A model generated the notes under the pieces. It searched no databases, was not told the DNA's origin, and saw only the letters and a program-made list of their open reading frames with translations. A program made the translations under genes and the position numbers. A stretch of 64,000 nt of DNA from Centroscyllium fabricii. Its lineage: Eukaryota. Positions 23,393 through 35,598 of the stretch are shown here, in pieces. Location: NCBI GenBank assembly GCA_051313645.2, contig JBNRSN020000002.1, positions 319,858,001 to 319,922,000 of the forward strand, in the 5' to 3' direction. How positions within the stretch are numbered: position 1 is the stretch's first letter; each line of letters begins with the position of its first letter.

Positions 23393-24811
23393 AGAGAGTC
23401 AGGCTGCATTAGTTTAATCACTAAATACATTATGAAATGCTTTTTTATCGCATTTTGTATTGCTCAATAAACATTAAAAGATGGGCAACTCATTGTAGTA
23501 TCAGCAGGGTTACTGATTGCACCTCTATTGTCATTCAGACCCGCTGTAACCTATATGAACCAAAAGGAATCTCATTCTCTCAGGTCCAGCCAGAGCTCAC
23601 AACAAAAGAGAGCGAGCGAGGGCAGGAGGAGAGACAGCCTCATTAGCCCACCTGACCCGCTGGGAGGAGGTGGTATTGGAAATTATGGGAATAGAGGATG
23701 ATGCGCACGTGGCGGACAGACAGACGGGTGCAACACAGCAAGCTGGTGACAGAAAAGCTTCCCATCTCTTTGACATTGCATTAGTCACTGATAATGATTG
23801 TGAAGCTCTAACAGATGGACTTATGAGCATCTGTAAAAATCTATGTGCATGTCGCCTTGGCTTCACATCTCTAACTCTTTCCTTTACTCCCCCACAGGGC
23901 CATCACATGCATCCAGTCTCCCCTAGCCAGGAAGAACAGGCTGAGCTCCAGACTCCTCAGAGGAAGCTGCAACATCTGAGGGCGCAGTGTCAGCAGAATT
24001 CTGCGCACTCAGCACCAGCGCATTCACACCTTGGTGGGGCCTTCGGGACATAGAGTAGTGTTGTCACCTGGTGTAACACAGCTCACAAGTGAGCATCAGC
24101 AGGCTGTGGAGACAGGGACAGCAGTGGCGAGTCCCAGTTGGAGGGCGCAGGACTCTGCCAGCTTGGCTCAGCAGCATATCGACCCTCTGTTCTGGGTCCA
24201 TCCATGAGATCAGAGGTGATGGAACTCCAGGCACAGATGCAGGAGAGTCTGGCAGGTTTTATCTCTAGGGTCGCTGCGAGTGTGGAGCAAATGGAGGAGT
24301 CCATAGCGAACATGAGCAGAGCCTTTGTGGAGTCATTGGCACATGAACGCATCACCACAGAAAGGATGGCTACCTCCGTGGAATGGATTGCTACCTCCGT
24401 GGTAAGGCTGGCTACTGTAGAGGAGAGGATTGCTATGGTACAGGAGAGGATGGCTACGACCATAGAGGAGCTTGGACGCCAGGGTATGGAAAACATGGTC
24501 ATTGTTCAGAATAGAATGACCTCTCTTGAGGAATGATGGGCATCTATTGAACAGCGAAACCAGATCATCATGGAACTTCTTCTGAGTAGGACTGCCATTG
24601 CAGATACAGGTCCCCATGGCCCCCCCTGATGTGCAGCAAGGTGCTCTCCAGCCACTTGCAGGCACGGAAGGGAACCTGACCCATGCGAGGGAGGTTGGTA
24701 GCAGACCTCAAGGAAGTGGGGGATCCTCTCCAAGCGCTCACACTTCCATGACACTGCAGAGCCCTCGGTCAGAGCCCCACTGGAGTCCACACCCAAGTGA
24801 GATAGGCATCT

Positions 24812-25060
24812 CACAGAAACACAGAAGATAGGAGCAGGAGTAGGCCATTCGGCCCTTCGAGCCTGCTCCGCCATTCAATGAGATCATGGCTGATCATCCA
24901 AACCCAGCACCCCCCTCCTACCCTCTTCCCATATCCCCTGACACACCCTAATTCTAAGAACTATCACATATCCTACCCTATCCCCGTAACCCCCAGATAT
25001 TCAACCCCCCTAACACTAAGGGTCAATTTATCCTGGCCAATCAACCTAACCCGCACATCT
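24812..25060 (-). mobile_element. 5'-truncated HE1-type SINE with CR1 tail
   Basis: GATGTGCGGGTTAGGTTGATTGGCCA..GACCCTTAGTGTTAG and the tail shared with 46364-47006. Confidence 0.85.
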
Positions 25061-25494
25061 CAACCCCTGCACAGCCACAAGAGCAGCAGACTGTTGACGA
25101 GCCCTCACAGGCTTGCAACCCCAGAGGACGCCCGCCAAAGGTGTCGAGACAGGAGCAGCAGGAAAGTGAGCAAGGGGCCTCCACATCTGCTGAAGCCACA
25201 GGGGAGGCACCACGTAGGAGCACGCGCAAGAGGAAAATTCTGCACAAATAGTCACAAGTGTAGTAATTTTGTGTTTAGTGCAAAAATGCCATCACGTTGT
25301 TATTGAATATAAAAATTTTGATAGCAAATGTTGCAGTTGAGGCGTCTGTCATTTCGCTATTGGGACTTCCACATTGAGGCCTTAGGAATACATGCAATTG
25401 TCAGTATGATAGTCAGAGTGCTAGGAATCCTCTGGTTCTTGGCCATTGTCAATGATCTGGTAAGCTGCAAGGCAAAAGTGTTTGATTGACTAGG

Positions 25495-26760
25495 CTAAGC
25501 AAATCTGGCCAGGATGGGTGTGTTTCTTGCATTCCGGGCAGCAATGTTCTCGCGTAATGCTGCCGCTGGTTGATGGGCCTCTGCAGGATGTTCATTTTTG
25601 AACACCTCCTCCTCCTCCTCATCTGAGGAGGATATGTGATGAGCCACTTGGTCCTCAGGAATCTGCAAGCCACGATGCTGTGCCATGTTGTGAAGTGCAC
25701 AGCAAACCACAATGATTCTGGAGACCCTGGCTGCTGAGTACTCTAGGGCTGCATCTGAAGCGCATCTTCAGCAAACCATGGTTTGCTCGATAATGGATCT
25801 GGTGGAAATGTGGCTGGAGTTGTAGCGTTCCTCAGCTTCGTTGGCTGGCCTCCTCAACGGCGTCATTAGCCACGTCCTCAGGATATAGCCCTTGTCTCCG
25901 AGTAGCCATCCGTTAGGTTGGTCTGGTGGACTGAGGAGCGGAGGCACACTAGACTGGCGCAGTATGAAGGAGTCATGGCAACTGGCGGAGTACGTGGCAC
26001 AAACATGCAAAATTTCCTTTTTGTGGTCACACACCAGCTGAACGTTGAGCGAGTGGAAGACCTTGCGATTGACATAAATAGCTGGATTGCGATGGGGTGC
26101 CCTAAGGGCCACATGTGTGCACTCAATGATGCCCTGCCCTTTTGGAAAGCCTGCCAGATGAGCTAATCCAACCGCTCGCGCCGTGACACTTGCTCTACCC
26201 TTGGTGACATGGATGTGATTGTGCGCGAGGGCAAAGAGGGCATCGGTTACCTGCATGATGCAAATGTGTACAGCAGCCTGGAAAATGCTGCTGATGTCTG
26301 CTGCTGATCCCTGGAATGAGCCTGAGGCAAAAAAGTTGAGTGCGGTGGTGACTTTGATGGCCACTGGTAAGGGTTGTCCACCTGGTCCTCTGGGCAGCAG
26401 GTCTTGCTGTAGCATTGCGCAGATGTCAGTCATTAACTGTCGCGAAAATCGGAGCCACCTTTGGCACTGCTGCTCAGACATGTTGAGGTAGCTGACTCTG
26501 CATCTGTAGACCCTGTTTGGGGTTATCTCCTGTGCCGATGGGCTTCCAGGCGCTGGCCCTTTCTGGCCTGTGCAGCCTCAGGTGGGTGAGCAGCAGCCTG
26601 GTGCTCCTGCTGCTGTTGTTGGTGCTGCTGTTGTTCCAGGTTCTGCTGGTGCCGCAGCTGGTGTTCGAGCACGTCTAATGCCCAGATGGGAAGGAAATAA
26701 ATGGCTTCCTTGCTTCTGGTGTCTGCCTCTGCTGAGGAAGCGCTGAATAAAGGTGGCAAG
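25495..26760 (-). pseudogene. Harbinger DDE transposase (HARBI1-like), degenerate
   Basis: LNFFASGSFQ, GFP..GIIECTHV, YVNRK.FHSLNVQLVCD, HDSFIL, WLLGDKGY, YN..H..TRSIIEQ, CCALHN; first catalytic D reads E and frameshifts are present. Confidence 0.9.
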
Positions 26761-27259
26761 AGGGGTCTCCCAGGAGGTCACACTGGAGATGGGTGTGAGG
26801 CTCCAACCTTCCACAGCTGTGGTTATGCCTTTTAAAACTTGCCCCAGACCTGAGGCCACTAAGTCCTGCCACCTGCAAATGATGGCTGATCAAATCTCCT
26901 CTTTAATGGTTGACCTGCAGTTGCTAGTCAGCAATCCAATAGTGCTCCCGCCAGGTTTCACATCCGTGTTTCCCACCAGGCGTGTTTCACGTGGGAAAAG
27001 GGTTATATTCGCAAGGGCCTTTCAAAATAGGAATATAGAGGCCATTTAGTGCTTGTTGAGGGCCTTAGCGACCAGTCCCGCCTGTTGGATGCGGGACGCA
27101 GTCGGGACCATCAGACACGACTGAATTAAAATTGCTCGGAGTCGGGAACCAGGTGGGGGGGGGGGGGGTCCCGCACACCAGCTTTTACAATTTTAACCCC
27201 CCGCAAGCCTCCAATCCTGCCTCCGCGGCTCAATGAAAATCGAGCCCATTGGCTGCAAC

Positions 27260-27750
27260 TGGAAGGCCACTGAGCACACCACTTGCTCCCAGTTACGGGG
27301 GCTCTACTTGCAGTCTGCCTCATGCTGCAGCATGACAGGGAGATGGAGCAAAGGCAGCAAAATCACGCTGCTCTGAGGGGGGAGGAGAGGGAGGAGGGCT
27401 CTCAGCAGGAGGCTTTACCCGCCGAGGGTCTTCAGGGGGCACTTCTCCGACCAGCATCTAAGCCAGGAGCAGTGTGTTTGGTGGCTCCACTTCACCAAGG
27501 AGGTGGGCACAGAAGTCTTCCATCTCTTGGAACACGACCTGCAGCCTCAGAGCAGGGAGACGATGGCCCTGCCAATGGCCCTCAAGGTGACCAGTCAGGG
27601 CCCTGACTTTTTTCACCAGGGGATGGATCCTTCAAGGCTCAAACAAGCGGCATAGCTAATATCTCGCAGTTCGCCATCCAACGCTGCATCCGGGAGGTTA
27701 TAGAGGCTCTGTACACCAGGAGAGGAGATTCCACTGTCTTCTCTCTAAAC
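27260..27750 (+). pseudogene. N-terminal fragment of a second Harbinger transposase
   Basis: Hand translation PPRVFR..LSQEQC..LHFTKEV..HDLQPQ..ALPMALKVT..NISQFAIQRCIREVIEALY. Confidence 0.75.
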
Positions 27751-27960
27751 AGAGGGTTGTGGATCGGGGAGGGGGTGGGGGAAAGCAAGATGTGCATGCT
27801 AACACCATCAGCAGCTTATAAGTGAGAAGAGATTGTGGAATGAGGGAGGATTAGGATGTGAAAAGAAGGATTAGGTATGAGCATACCGTCATCATCAATG
27901 CTTTCAGCCTCACTGATCACCATGGCCTCAGTGACAGCTCCTCCAATGATCTCCAACACA

Positions 27961-28790
27961 GGCGGCGATTTTGCCAGACCTGTGGAGATGAGTCTGGAGG
28001 CGGGACTGCCGGGAAAATGGCAGAACCTGGGGGAGGGTACCCATCCCGCCCCCAACCCGCCTCCGTGCCATCTTACCAACCCTCGCCGGGTCCCATCACC
28101 TCAAGGCAGGAAGGGGATTAGTGCCAATTGACTACCTGTTAACAGGTAGTTAACAGGCAGTTTTTTGGCCAATCCCGATTTTAAGCCCTGAAGTATGGGC
28201 TTCCCAACTGCTCCGAACCTCGCCAGGGTCAGCGAGGTGGACCGTCGGTCTGCGGGGGTCAGAGGGGCTGAAATGTCTGGTGTGCAGGTGAGTGATGGGT
28301 GCATGTGTGCAGAGGTAAGTGTGTGATGTGTGTGCAAAGTGTTTTAATAAGTTTTACTTACCTTTACTATCTCCTGCAGGCTTCCTCCCTTCAGGTCTTC
28401 GGAGTCCGTCAGCTCACTGGCACAGAAAGCAGAATGGCCACTAAACTGTCAAAAGCTGCAGCCTTCTGCTTTCTGCTCATGAAGCTTTTCGAATTGAGTC
28501 TTGAGTAAAGACTCAACTTAGAAGACAGATTGCCAGTGTTTGACAGCTTCACAGAGCTGCCAAATGATGACATTCCATCTGTCAAAAGCTCTTGACAGTT
28601 GAAACGCCACTCACTGACGTCACCTGTAACCGACTTTCCCTTAATTGGCCTGCTAAGCCAGTTGGGCGGGCTTAATGAGGTCAATCAAGGGAAAACAGCG
28701 TGGGTTGGCCACTAGTCGATGGAGGCGGGACTAAAACCCGACAAGTGGGAATCCCGCCTCCAAAAGCTCCCCATTGACAAAATCCAGCCC
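27961..28790. mobile_element. PIF/Harbinger-type MITE related to 22553-23392 (opposite orientation)
   Basis: Imperfect TIRs GGCGGCGATTTTGCCA / TGACAAAATCCAGCCC; TSD ACA; shared CTACCTGTTAACAGG.AGTTAA block. Confidence 0.8.
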
Positions 28791-29752
28791 ACAGTCTCCT
28801 CCAGCTGAGGCAGGTTCTGCAGCCGTGCTTGCCCCCTGCCTGTTTTTTCTTGCTCATGTCGGTTGTAGAGCCACCTTGGCCTGCAAGAGAATGGAAGGTG
28901 TGTCAGTGAGTGTGGTACACTGTGTTTGGGTGATTGCCTTTCATGGTTGAATAGCTGATACTTTGTGCAAAGTGTGAAATGTGGGTAGGAGGCGTGCAGC
29001 AGTGGTAAGTGTGTGAGCGTGAGGTGAAGCTCTGATTGTGAGGTATGTGTCATGATTACAAGAGATTGTTGGTAGGTGACTGATGAGGGTGTGATGAACT
29101 GAGCATTGTGTGAGGTTAATGGTGCAGTTGGTGGGAAACAGCATTTGAGGATGCATTCACTCACCTTGACCACTCGTGTGAGGACATGAGTACATAGGAA
29201 TTAGAAGCAGGAGTAGGCCATATGGCCCTTCAAGTCTGCTCCACCATTCAATATGATCATGGCTGATCTTCGACCTCAACAGACCGGAGGCGGGAGCAGC
29301 GGAGCAGGATCGGCCTTAAAAGCCGACTCAGCAGCGAGGCCCGAGAGCAGACCGGAGGCGGGAGCAGCGGAGCAGGATCGGCCTTAAAAGCCGACTCAGC
29401 AGCGAGGCGGGCTGAGACCCATTCAGCTGCGGGCAGGGAGCTAAAAAATAATCAAAGGATGATGTCACCAGAAAGCAGGTAAGTGATTGGCTGGTGAGTA
29501 TTTTCTCTTTAAATTCTTTTAAACGTAAGTTTTTGTGGTTTCTTAAGATTAAAGTTACTTAAGCAGTTTAAGTAAAGGGGAAACGTTAAATATTTGGGAT
29601 TCTGTTAGGGGCCCTTCACAATTGTCAACATTTTCACGAGCGTACAAACCGTACGCTGGGGGGGAGGGGGTCCGACGTGTCCGTACGCTTTTTTTTGCGT
29701 TTAAATGTCGATTTTTTTTTTGATTTTTTGATTTTTTTTTTGATTTTTTTTT

Positions 29753-30387
29753 TGGTTCCGGTTCCGGTTCTGGCAGGACGGCTGCCATCGGGCGGCTGTA
29801 CCTCGACTCCTCTTCGTGGAGTCAATCCGTTCTGGTCGACCGCCATTTGACGTCGGCAGAGCCGGTGAGATGCGGGGCACAGTTCAGCCCCAGGACGCCG
29901 CATCAGTTCAGCCTCGGTCCAGAGTTCGGACCTCCGGGGTGTCGGGACGGCCTTGGCTTGGCGTTCCGGGGAGCCTGCGTCGAGCGCTGGAGCCTGCGTT
30001 GAGCGCTGGAGTTCGGAGCTCAGGGGAGCTGGGATGGGGCACTCGGAGAGGGCTAGGCTTCAGGCCTCAGGACGCTGTGCCCAGAGTTCGGAGCTCCGTG
30101 GATTCGGGGAGTCGGGCTGAGAGTGGCCACGGAAGGAACAGTGGCAGAGCGAATTGACTGGGCGAGAGAGGACAATTTTACCAACGGTTGAGTGGCCAGA
30201 GCAGGAACGGGATCCACGATGATGGCGCCGAAGGATGGCTGACGTCTTGCGGGCTCGTTCGCGCCGGGCAGCTTAATTGTTGCGCGGTTGTTGTTGTTGT
30301 TGCACGGTGTGTCGGGTAGCAGTAAGCATTTTGTTGTATGGTGTTTGTTCGCTGTACAATGACAAATAAAATTGAACTTGATTGAAA
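29753..30387 (+). mobile_element. GC-rich non-coding retroposon with Rex1-like 3' tail (element A)
   Basis: Short internal repeats, core GATGGCGCCG..GACGTCTTGCGGG, end CAATGACAAATAAAATTGAACTTGATTGAA. Confidence 0.6.
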
Positions 30388-30493
30388 TTCCGCCGGTTTG
30401 AGAAGTGAAAAAAACAGGTTTAAAGGTAATTTAAAAAAAATTCCTTTGGAGGTATTTGTTTGTGGTCTTACAGGTTGTAAATGTGAAGGTTTT

Positions 30494-30619
30494 TATATAT
30501 TTTGGTGATAGTGAAAAAAATCGGCAATTTGAACGCGATGTCGAGAGCTGCGAGAGCTCTGAGAGCTGGAGAGATCGCGTTCAAATCCCCGATTTTTTTC
30601 ACTATCACCAAAATATATA
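30494..30619. repeat. 126-bp near-palindromic mini-element
   Basis: Arms TATATATTTTGGTGATAGTGAAAAAAATCGG..ATTTGAACGCGAT / ATCGCGTTCAAAT..CCGATTTTTTTCACTATCACCAAAATATATA with GAGAGCT repeats in the loop. Confidence 0.85.
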
Positions 30620-30908
30620 GGGAGGAAAAAGGAGGAAGACATAAAGCAGGAATTTAAGGAACTAGGAAGGAAACTGAGAGACAAAACGAATAATGCCACG
30701 ATTTCTGGGATCCTACCAGTGCCACGGGATAGGGAGTGGGAAAACAAAAAAAGAATGAGAATAAACGCGTGGCTACAGGATTGGTGCAGAAGGGAGGGCA
30801 TGAGTTTCGTGGACAATTGGGGATCGTTCTGGGGAAGGTGGGATCTGTATGACCGGGACGGCTTGCACCTGAACCGAAGGGGCATCAACATTCTGGGTGG
30901 GAAACTCG
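30620..30908 (+). pseudogene. Fragment of an SGNH-esterase ORF1 from a different LINE family
   Basis: ELGRKLRDKT..TISGILPVPR..INAWLQDWCRREG..FWGRWDLYDRDGLHLN; followed by an antisense CR1 tail (~30910-31052). Confidence 0.85.
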
Positions 30909-31715
30909 CCCATAGAGCTTTACAGCACAGAAAGAGACCCTTCGGCCCATCATGTCCGCGCCGGCCATCAAGCCCTTTCTATTCTAATCCCATTTTCCAG
31001 CACTTGGTCCGTAGCCTTGTATGCTATGACATCTCAAGTGCTCATCCAAATGCGGTCGGGCTGCGCCTTGGGCCTTGCTGCCGCGGTTGAGGTTTGTCCT
31101 CCCGGAGGAGCCGGGGCCAGGGCCGGGGATGGGGATTGCTGTGCGGCTGGTCAGTCAGTGTGTTTACTGTCATCTTGTGCTGATTTTTACAGATCTGAAG
31201 TTCCATCAACACACAAGGCCGCCGGCCCCCCGGCCCATGACCGCAGACAGTGACTCTGAGTAACGAGGATCTCCCTGATGAGTCTGCAGTCACTCTGGTT
31301 CCTTTCTAAACCTCCCTGTGCTAATTAAATTCAATGGATGATGTTGGAAAAAATCAACATTTTTGGTGTACACTTCCAGGGGGGGGGGGAGGGGGTAGCA
31401 AAAAAGAGTACTCTTTGTACACTTGTGAAAATGTTGACAATTGTGAAGGGCCCCTTAGTTTAAAAAGGGTAAAATAAGGTAACACTGCAATAGGAGTTAA
31501 TTGGCACAGCAGGCAGTGAAAACCAGTTCTGTAACCAATCAGCAGGGGTGACTCATTTCCTGTGTAGAGTGACTGTTGGTAAACCAGTTAACTGGTGTAA
31601 TCAGAGCGATTGATTGATTTAATATAAATCCTATTAAGTAAAGGGGATACTAGCATCTATATTCGGGCAGAGGGTGTCCATAACTAACAATAAAACATTT
31701 AATTAATTACATAGA

Positions 31716-32669
31716 ATGGAGCAGGTGATGTGTTACTGTTGCAAGATGTGGGAACCGGTGGACCCCATTGAGGGTCACGGTGACTATATCTGTGACAAGT
31801 GTCTGCTGCTACAGGAACTCCAGCTCCATGTTGATGAGCTGGAGTCTGAGCTTCAGACACTGCAACACATCAGGGAGGGGGAGAAGCACCTGGACTCTAT
31901 GTTCGAGGAGGTGGTCACACCTATGAAGTTAATTAATTCAAATGTAGCCCATGGTCAGGGACAGGACGGTGTGACCATGAGTGAGGCAGGTAGTGGGATC
32001 CAGGAGGTAGTGTTGGAGGAGCCGCAGCCCCTGCTCTTGTCCAACAGGTTCGAGGTTCTTACTCCCTGTGGCGACAGGAGCAGGAACTGCAGGGAGGATG
32101 AGCAACCTGGCCACAGCACCGTGGAACGGGGGGCCATTCAAGAGGGAGGAGTAAGTAGAAACGTTGCAGTGGTAGGGGATAGTATTATTAGGGTGATAGA
32201 TAGAGTTCTCTGCAGCCAAAAGCGAGAGTCCCGAAGGCTGTGTTGCCTACCCGGTGCCAGGGTTAAGGAAATCTCCTCTGGGCTGGAAAGAAACTTGCAG
32301 TGGGAGGGGGTAGATCCAGTTGTCGTGGTCCATGTTGGTACAAACGACGTAGATAGGACTAGGAAAGAGGTTCTGTTAAAGGAGTATGAGCAGCTAGGGG
32401 TTAAATTAAAAAACAGAATCTCAAGGGTAATAATCTCTTGATTCCTACCTGAGCCACGAGCAAATTTGGCTAGGACAAATAAAATTAGAGAATTGAATGC
32501 GTGTCTCAAAGACTGGTGTGGGAGAAATGGGTTTTGCTTCCTGGGACACTGGCACCAGTACTGGGACAGGAGGGAGCTGTTCCGTTGGGACGGGCTCCAC
32601 TTGGCCAGTGCTGGGACTAGAGTCCTGGCTAATCATATAACTAGGGCTGTAGAGAGGGCTTTAAACTAA
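31716..32669 (+). pseudogene. CR1 ORF1p copy 2 (Zn-finger/coil plus SGNH esterase), in-frame TGA at 32439-32441
   Basis: Near-identical to 6690..7643, including the stop position. Confidence 0.9.
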
Positions 32670-32763
32670 CTAGTGGGGGGGGGGGGTTCCTGGAGAGCAA
32701 ATAATAAAAATAACAGAGAAGGTCACAGACTTAGGTAGCAGTGGGGAAGTTAAAAACCAGAGC

Positions 32764-35598
32764 GTGTTAGGAAGGGAGAGAAGGTGTGGACAAAAAAGTA
32801 AAGTAATAAAAAAGGAAAAAGCAGGAACAAAGTGTCACAAAACATATTTGAAAGTTCTCTATCTGAATGCACGTAGCATTCGTAACAAAATAGACGAGTT
32901 AATGGCACAAATAATTACATATGGGTATGATCTTGTGGCCATTACAGAAACATGGCTGCAGGGTGACAATGCCTGGGAATTAAACATACCAGGTTATTTA
33001 ACGATCAGGAAGGACAGGCAGGAAGGAAGGGGAGGTGGGGTGGCTATGTTAATAAAGGAAGGAATCAATGTAATACAGAGAAATGATATTGGGTCAAAAG
33101 ATCAGGATAATGAAACAGTTTGGGTGGAGATAAGGAATAATAAAGGGAAAAAAACACAAGTGGGCGTAGTCTATAGGCCTCCGAACAGTTGCAACTCTGT
33201 TGGACGGAGTATCAATCAAGAAATAGTCGAGGCTTGTAATAAGGGAACATCTTTAATTATGGGGGATTTTAACTATCATATAAATTGGACAAATCAAATT
33301 GGGCAGGGCTGCCTTGAGGAGGAGTTCATTGAGTGTATTAGCGATGGGTTTCTTGAGCAATATGTAACTGAACCGACCAGGGGGCAAGCAACCTTAGATC
33401 TGGTCCTGTGTAACGAGACAGGATTAATTAAAAATGTCCTAGTAAAGGATCCCCTTGGAATGAGTGACCATAACATGGTTGAATTCCATATTCAATTAGA
33501 GGGTGAGAAGGTTGGATCTCAAACAAGCGTACTAAGCTTGAATAAAGGAAACTATGAAGGTATGAGAGAGGAATTGATTAGAGTGGACTGGGAACACAGA
33601 TTAAAGGGTAAGACGATACACGATCAATGGTGTACATTTAAGGAGTTACTTTACGACTTCCAAAAAAAAAAAATTCCACTGAGGAGAAAAGGGTGTAAAA
33701 GAAAAGACAGCCATCCGTGGCTAAGCAAAGAAATTAAGGATAGTATTCGACAAAAAACAAGGGCATATCAGGTCGTCAAATCTAGTGGGAGAATGAAGGA
33801 TTGGGAAATCTTTAAAAGACAGCAAAACAAAACAAAAAGATTGATTAAGAAAAGGAAGATAGATTATGAAAGTAAATTAGCAAAAAATATAAAAACAGAT
33901 TGTAAGAGTTTCTATAGTTATATAAAAAGAAAAAGGGTGGCTAAAGTAAATGTTGGTCCCTTAGAGGATGAGACCGGGAAATTAATGGTGGGAAATATGG
34001 AGATGGCAAAAACATTGAATGAATATTTTGTATCAGTCTTTACAGCAGAGGACACTAAGAATATCCCAACACTGGACAAACAGGGGACTATAGGGGGGAG
34101 GAGCTAAACACGATCAAAATCACTAAGGAAGTGGTACTTGGTAAAATAATGGGGCTCAAGGCGGATAAATCACCTGGACCTGATGGCTTACATCCTAGGG
34201 TCTTGAGGGAAGTGGCGGTAGGCATTGTGGATGCATTGGTAATAATTTTCCAAAACTCCCTGGACTCAGCAAAGGTCCCGGTAGACAGAAGGCTGGAAAC
34301 TATAGCCTGGCATCTGTCGTGGGTAACATTTTGGAGTCCATTATTAAGGACAGTAACAGGACATTTGGATAAACATAATGTAATAGGACAAAATCAGCAT
34401 GGTTTTATGAAGGGGAAGTCTTGTTTGACAAATTTGTTAGAGTTCTTTGAGGAAGTAACATATAGGGTGGATAAAGGGGAACCAGTGGACATAGTGTATT
34501 TAGACTTTCAAAAGGCATTTGACAAGGTGCCACACAAAAGATTATTGCTTAAAATAAAAAATCACAGAATTGAGGGTAATATTCTGGCATGGATAGAGGA
34601 TTGGCTATCTAACAGAAAGCAGAGAGTTGGGATAAATGGTTCATTCTGAGACTGGCAATCGGTAACTAGTGGTGTTCCGCAGAGGTCAGTGCTGGGACCC
34701 CAACTCTTTACAATCTATATCAACAATTTGGAGGAGGGGGCCGAGTGTAACATATCAAATTTTGCAGATGATACTAAGATGGGAGGGAAAGTAGTGAGGG
34801 AGGAGGACATAAAAAACCTGCAAGGCGACATAGACAGGCTAAGTAAGTGGGCAGAGATTTGGCAGAGGGAATACAATACTGGAAAGTGTGAGGTTATGCA
34901 CTTTGGCAGGAAAAATCGTAGAGCAAGTTATTATCTTAATGGCAAGAAACTGTAAAGTACTGTAGTACAAAGGGATCTGGGGGCCTGGTGCACAAAACTC
35001 AAAAGGTTAGTATGCAGGTGCAGCAAGTGATTAAGAAGGCCAATGGAATGTTGGCTTTCATTGCTAGGGGGATAGAATATAAAAATAGGGAGGTATTGCT
35101 TCAGTTGTACAAGGTATTGGTGAGACCACACCTGGAATACTACATGCATTTTGGTGTCCATACTTAAGAAAGGACATACTCGCTCTCGAGTCAGTATAAA
35201 GACGGTTCACTCGGTTAATCCCAGGGATGAGGGGTTGGACATATGAGGAGTGGTTGAGTAGATTGGGACTCAACTCATTGGAGTTCAGAAGAATCAGGGG
35301 CGATCTTATTGAAGCATATAAGATTGTGAAGGGGCTGGATCTTTTGGACGCAGGGAGGATGTTCCCAATGATGGGTGAAACTAGAACTAGGGGGCATAAT
35401 CTTACAATAAGGGGCTGCTCTTTCAAAACTGAGATGAGGAGAAACTGCTTCACTCAGAGGGTAGTAGGTCCATGGAACATGCTGCCCAAAAAAGCTGTAG
35501 AAGCTACATCATTACATAAATTTAAAACAGAAATAGACAGTTTCCTAGAAGTAAAAGGGATTAAGGGTTACGGGGAACGGGCAGGAATTTGGACATGA
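32764..35598 (+). pseudogene. CR1 ORF2 copy 2 (APE + RT), disrupted
   Basis: YLNARS, VYRPP, MGDFN, LDLVL, SDH, then RT motifs; deletions and frameshifts after 34100. Confidence 0.92.

Larger units (their letters stand above)
23560..27247. mobile_element. Decayed autonomous PIF/Harbinger transposon (convergent Myb/SANT-like and transposase genes); left end not found
   Basis: Right TIR TCAATGAAAATCGAGCCC at 27230-27247. Plus-strand HNKRERARAGG..LTRWEEVVLEIMG and a coiled-coil ORF 24138..24536; transposase on minus. Confidence 0.8.
29608..31454. mobile_element. Non-autonomous PIF/Harbinger-like element with composite interior, inserted in the CR1 5'UTR
   Basis: 41-bp TIRs GGGGCCCTTCACAATTGTCAACATTTTCAC(G/A)AG(C/T)GTACAAA; TSD TTA (29605-29607/31455-31457); empty site in CR1 copy 1. 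Confidence 0.92.

Noticed and set aside
25495-26760. Host HARBI1 gene (and NAIF1/MSANTD for the Myb ORFs)
   Set aside because: Frameshifts, altered catalytic residue, TIR context and multiple divergent copies indicate transposon relics.
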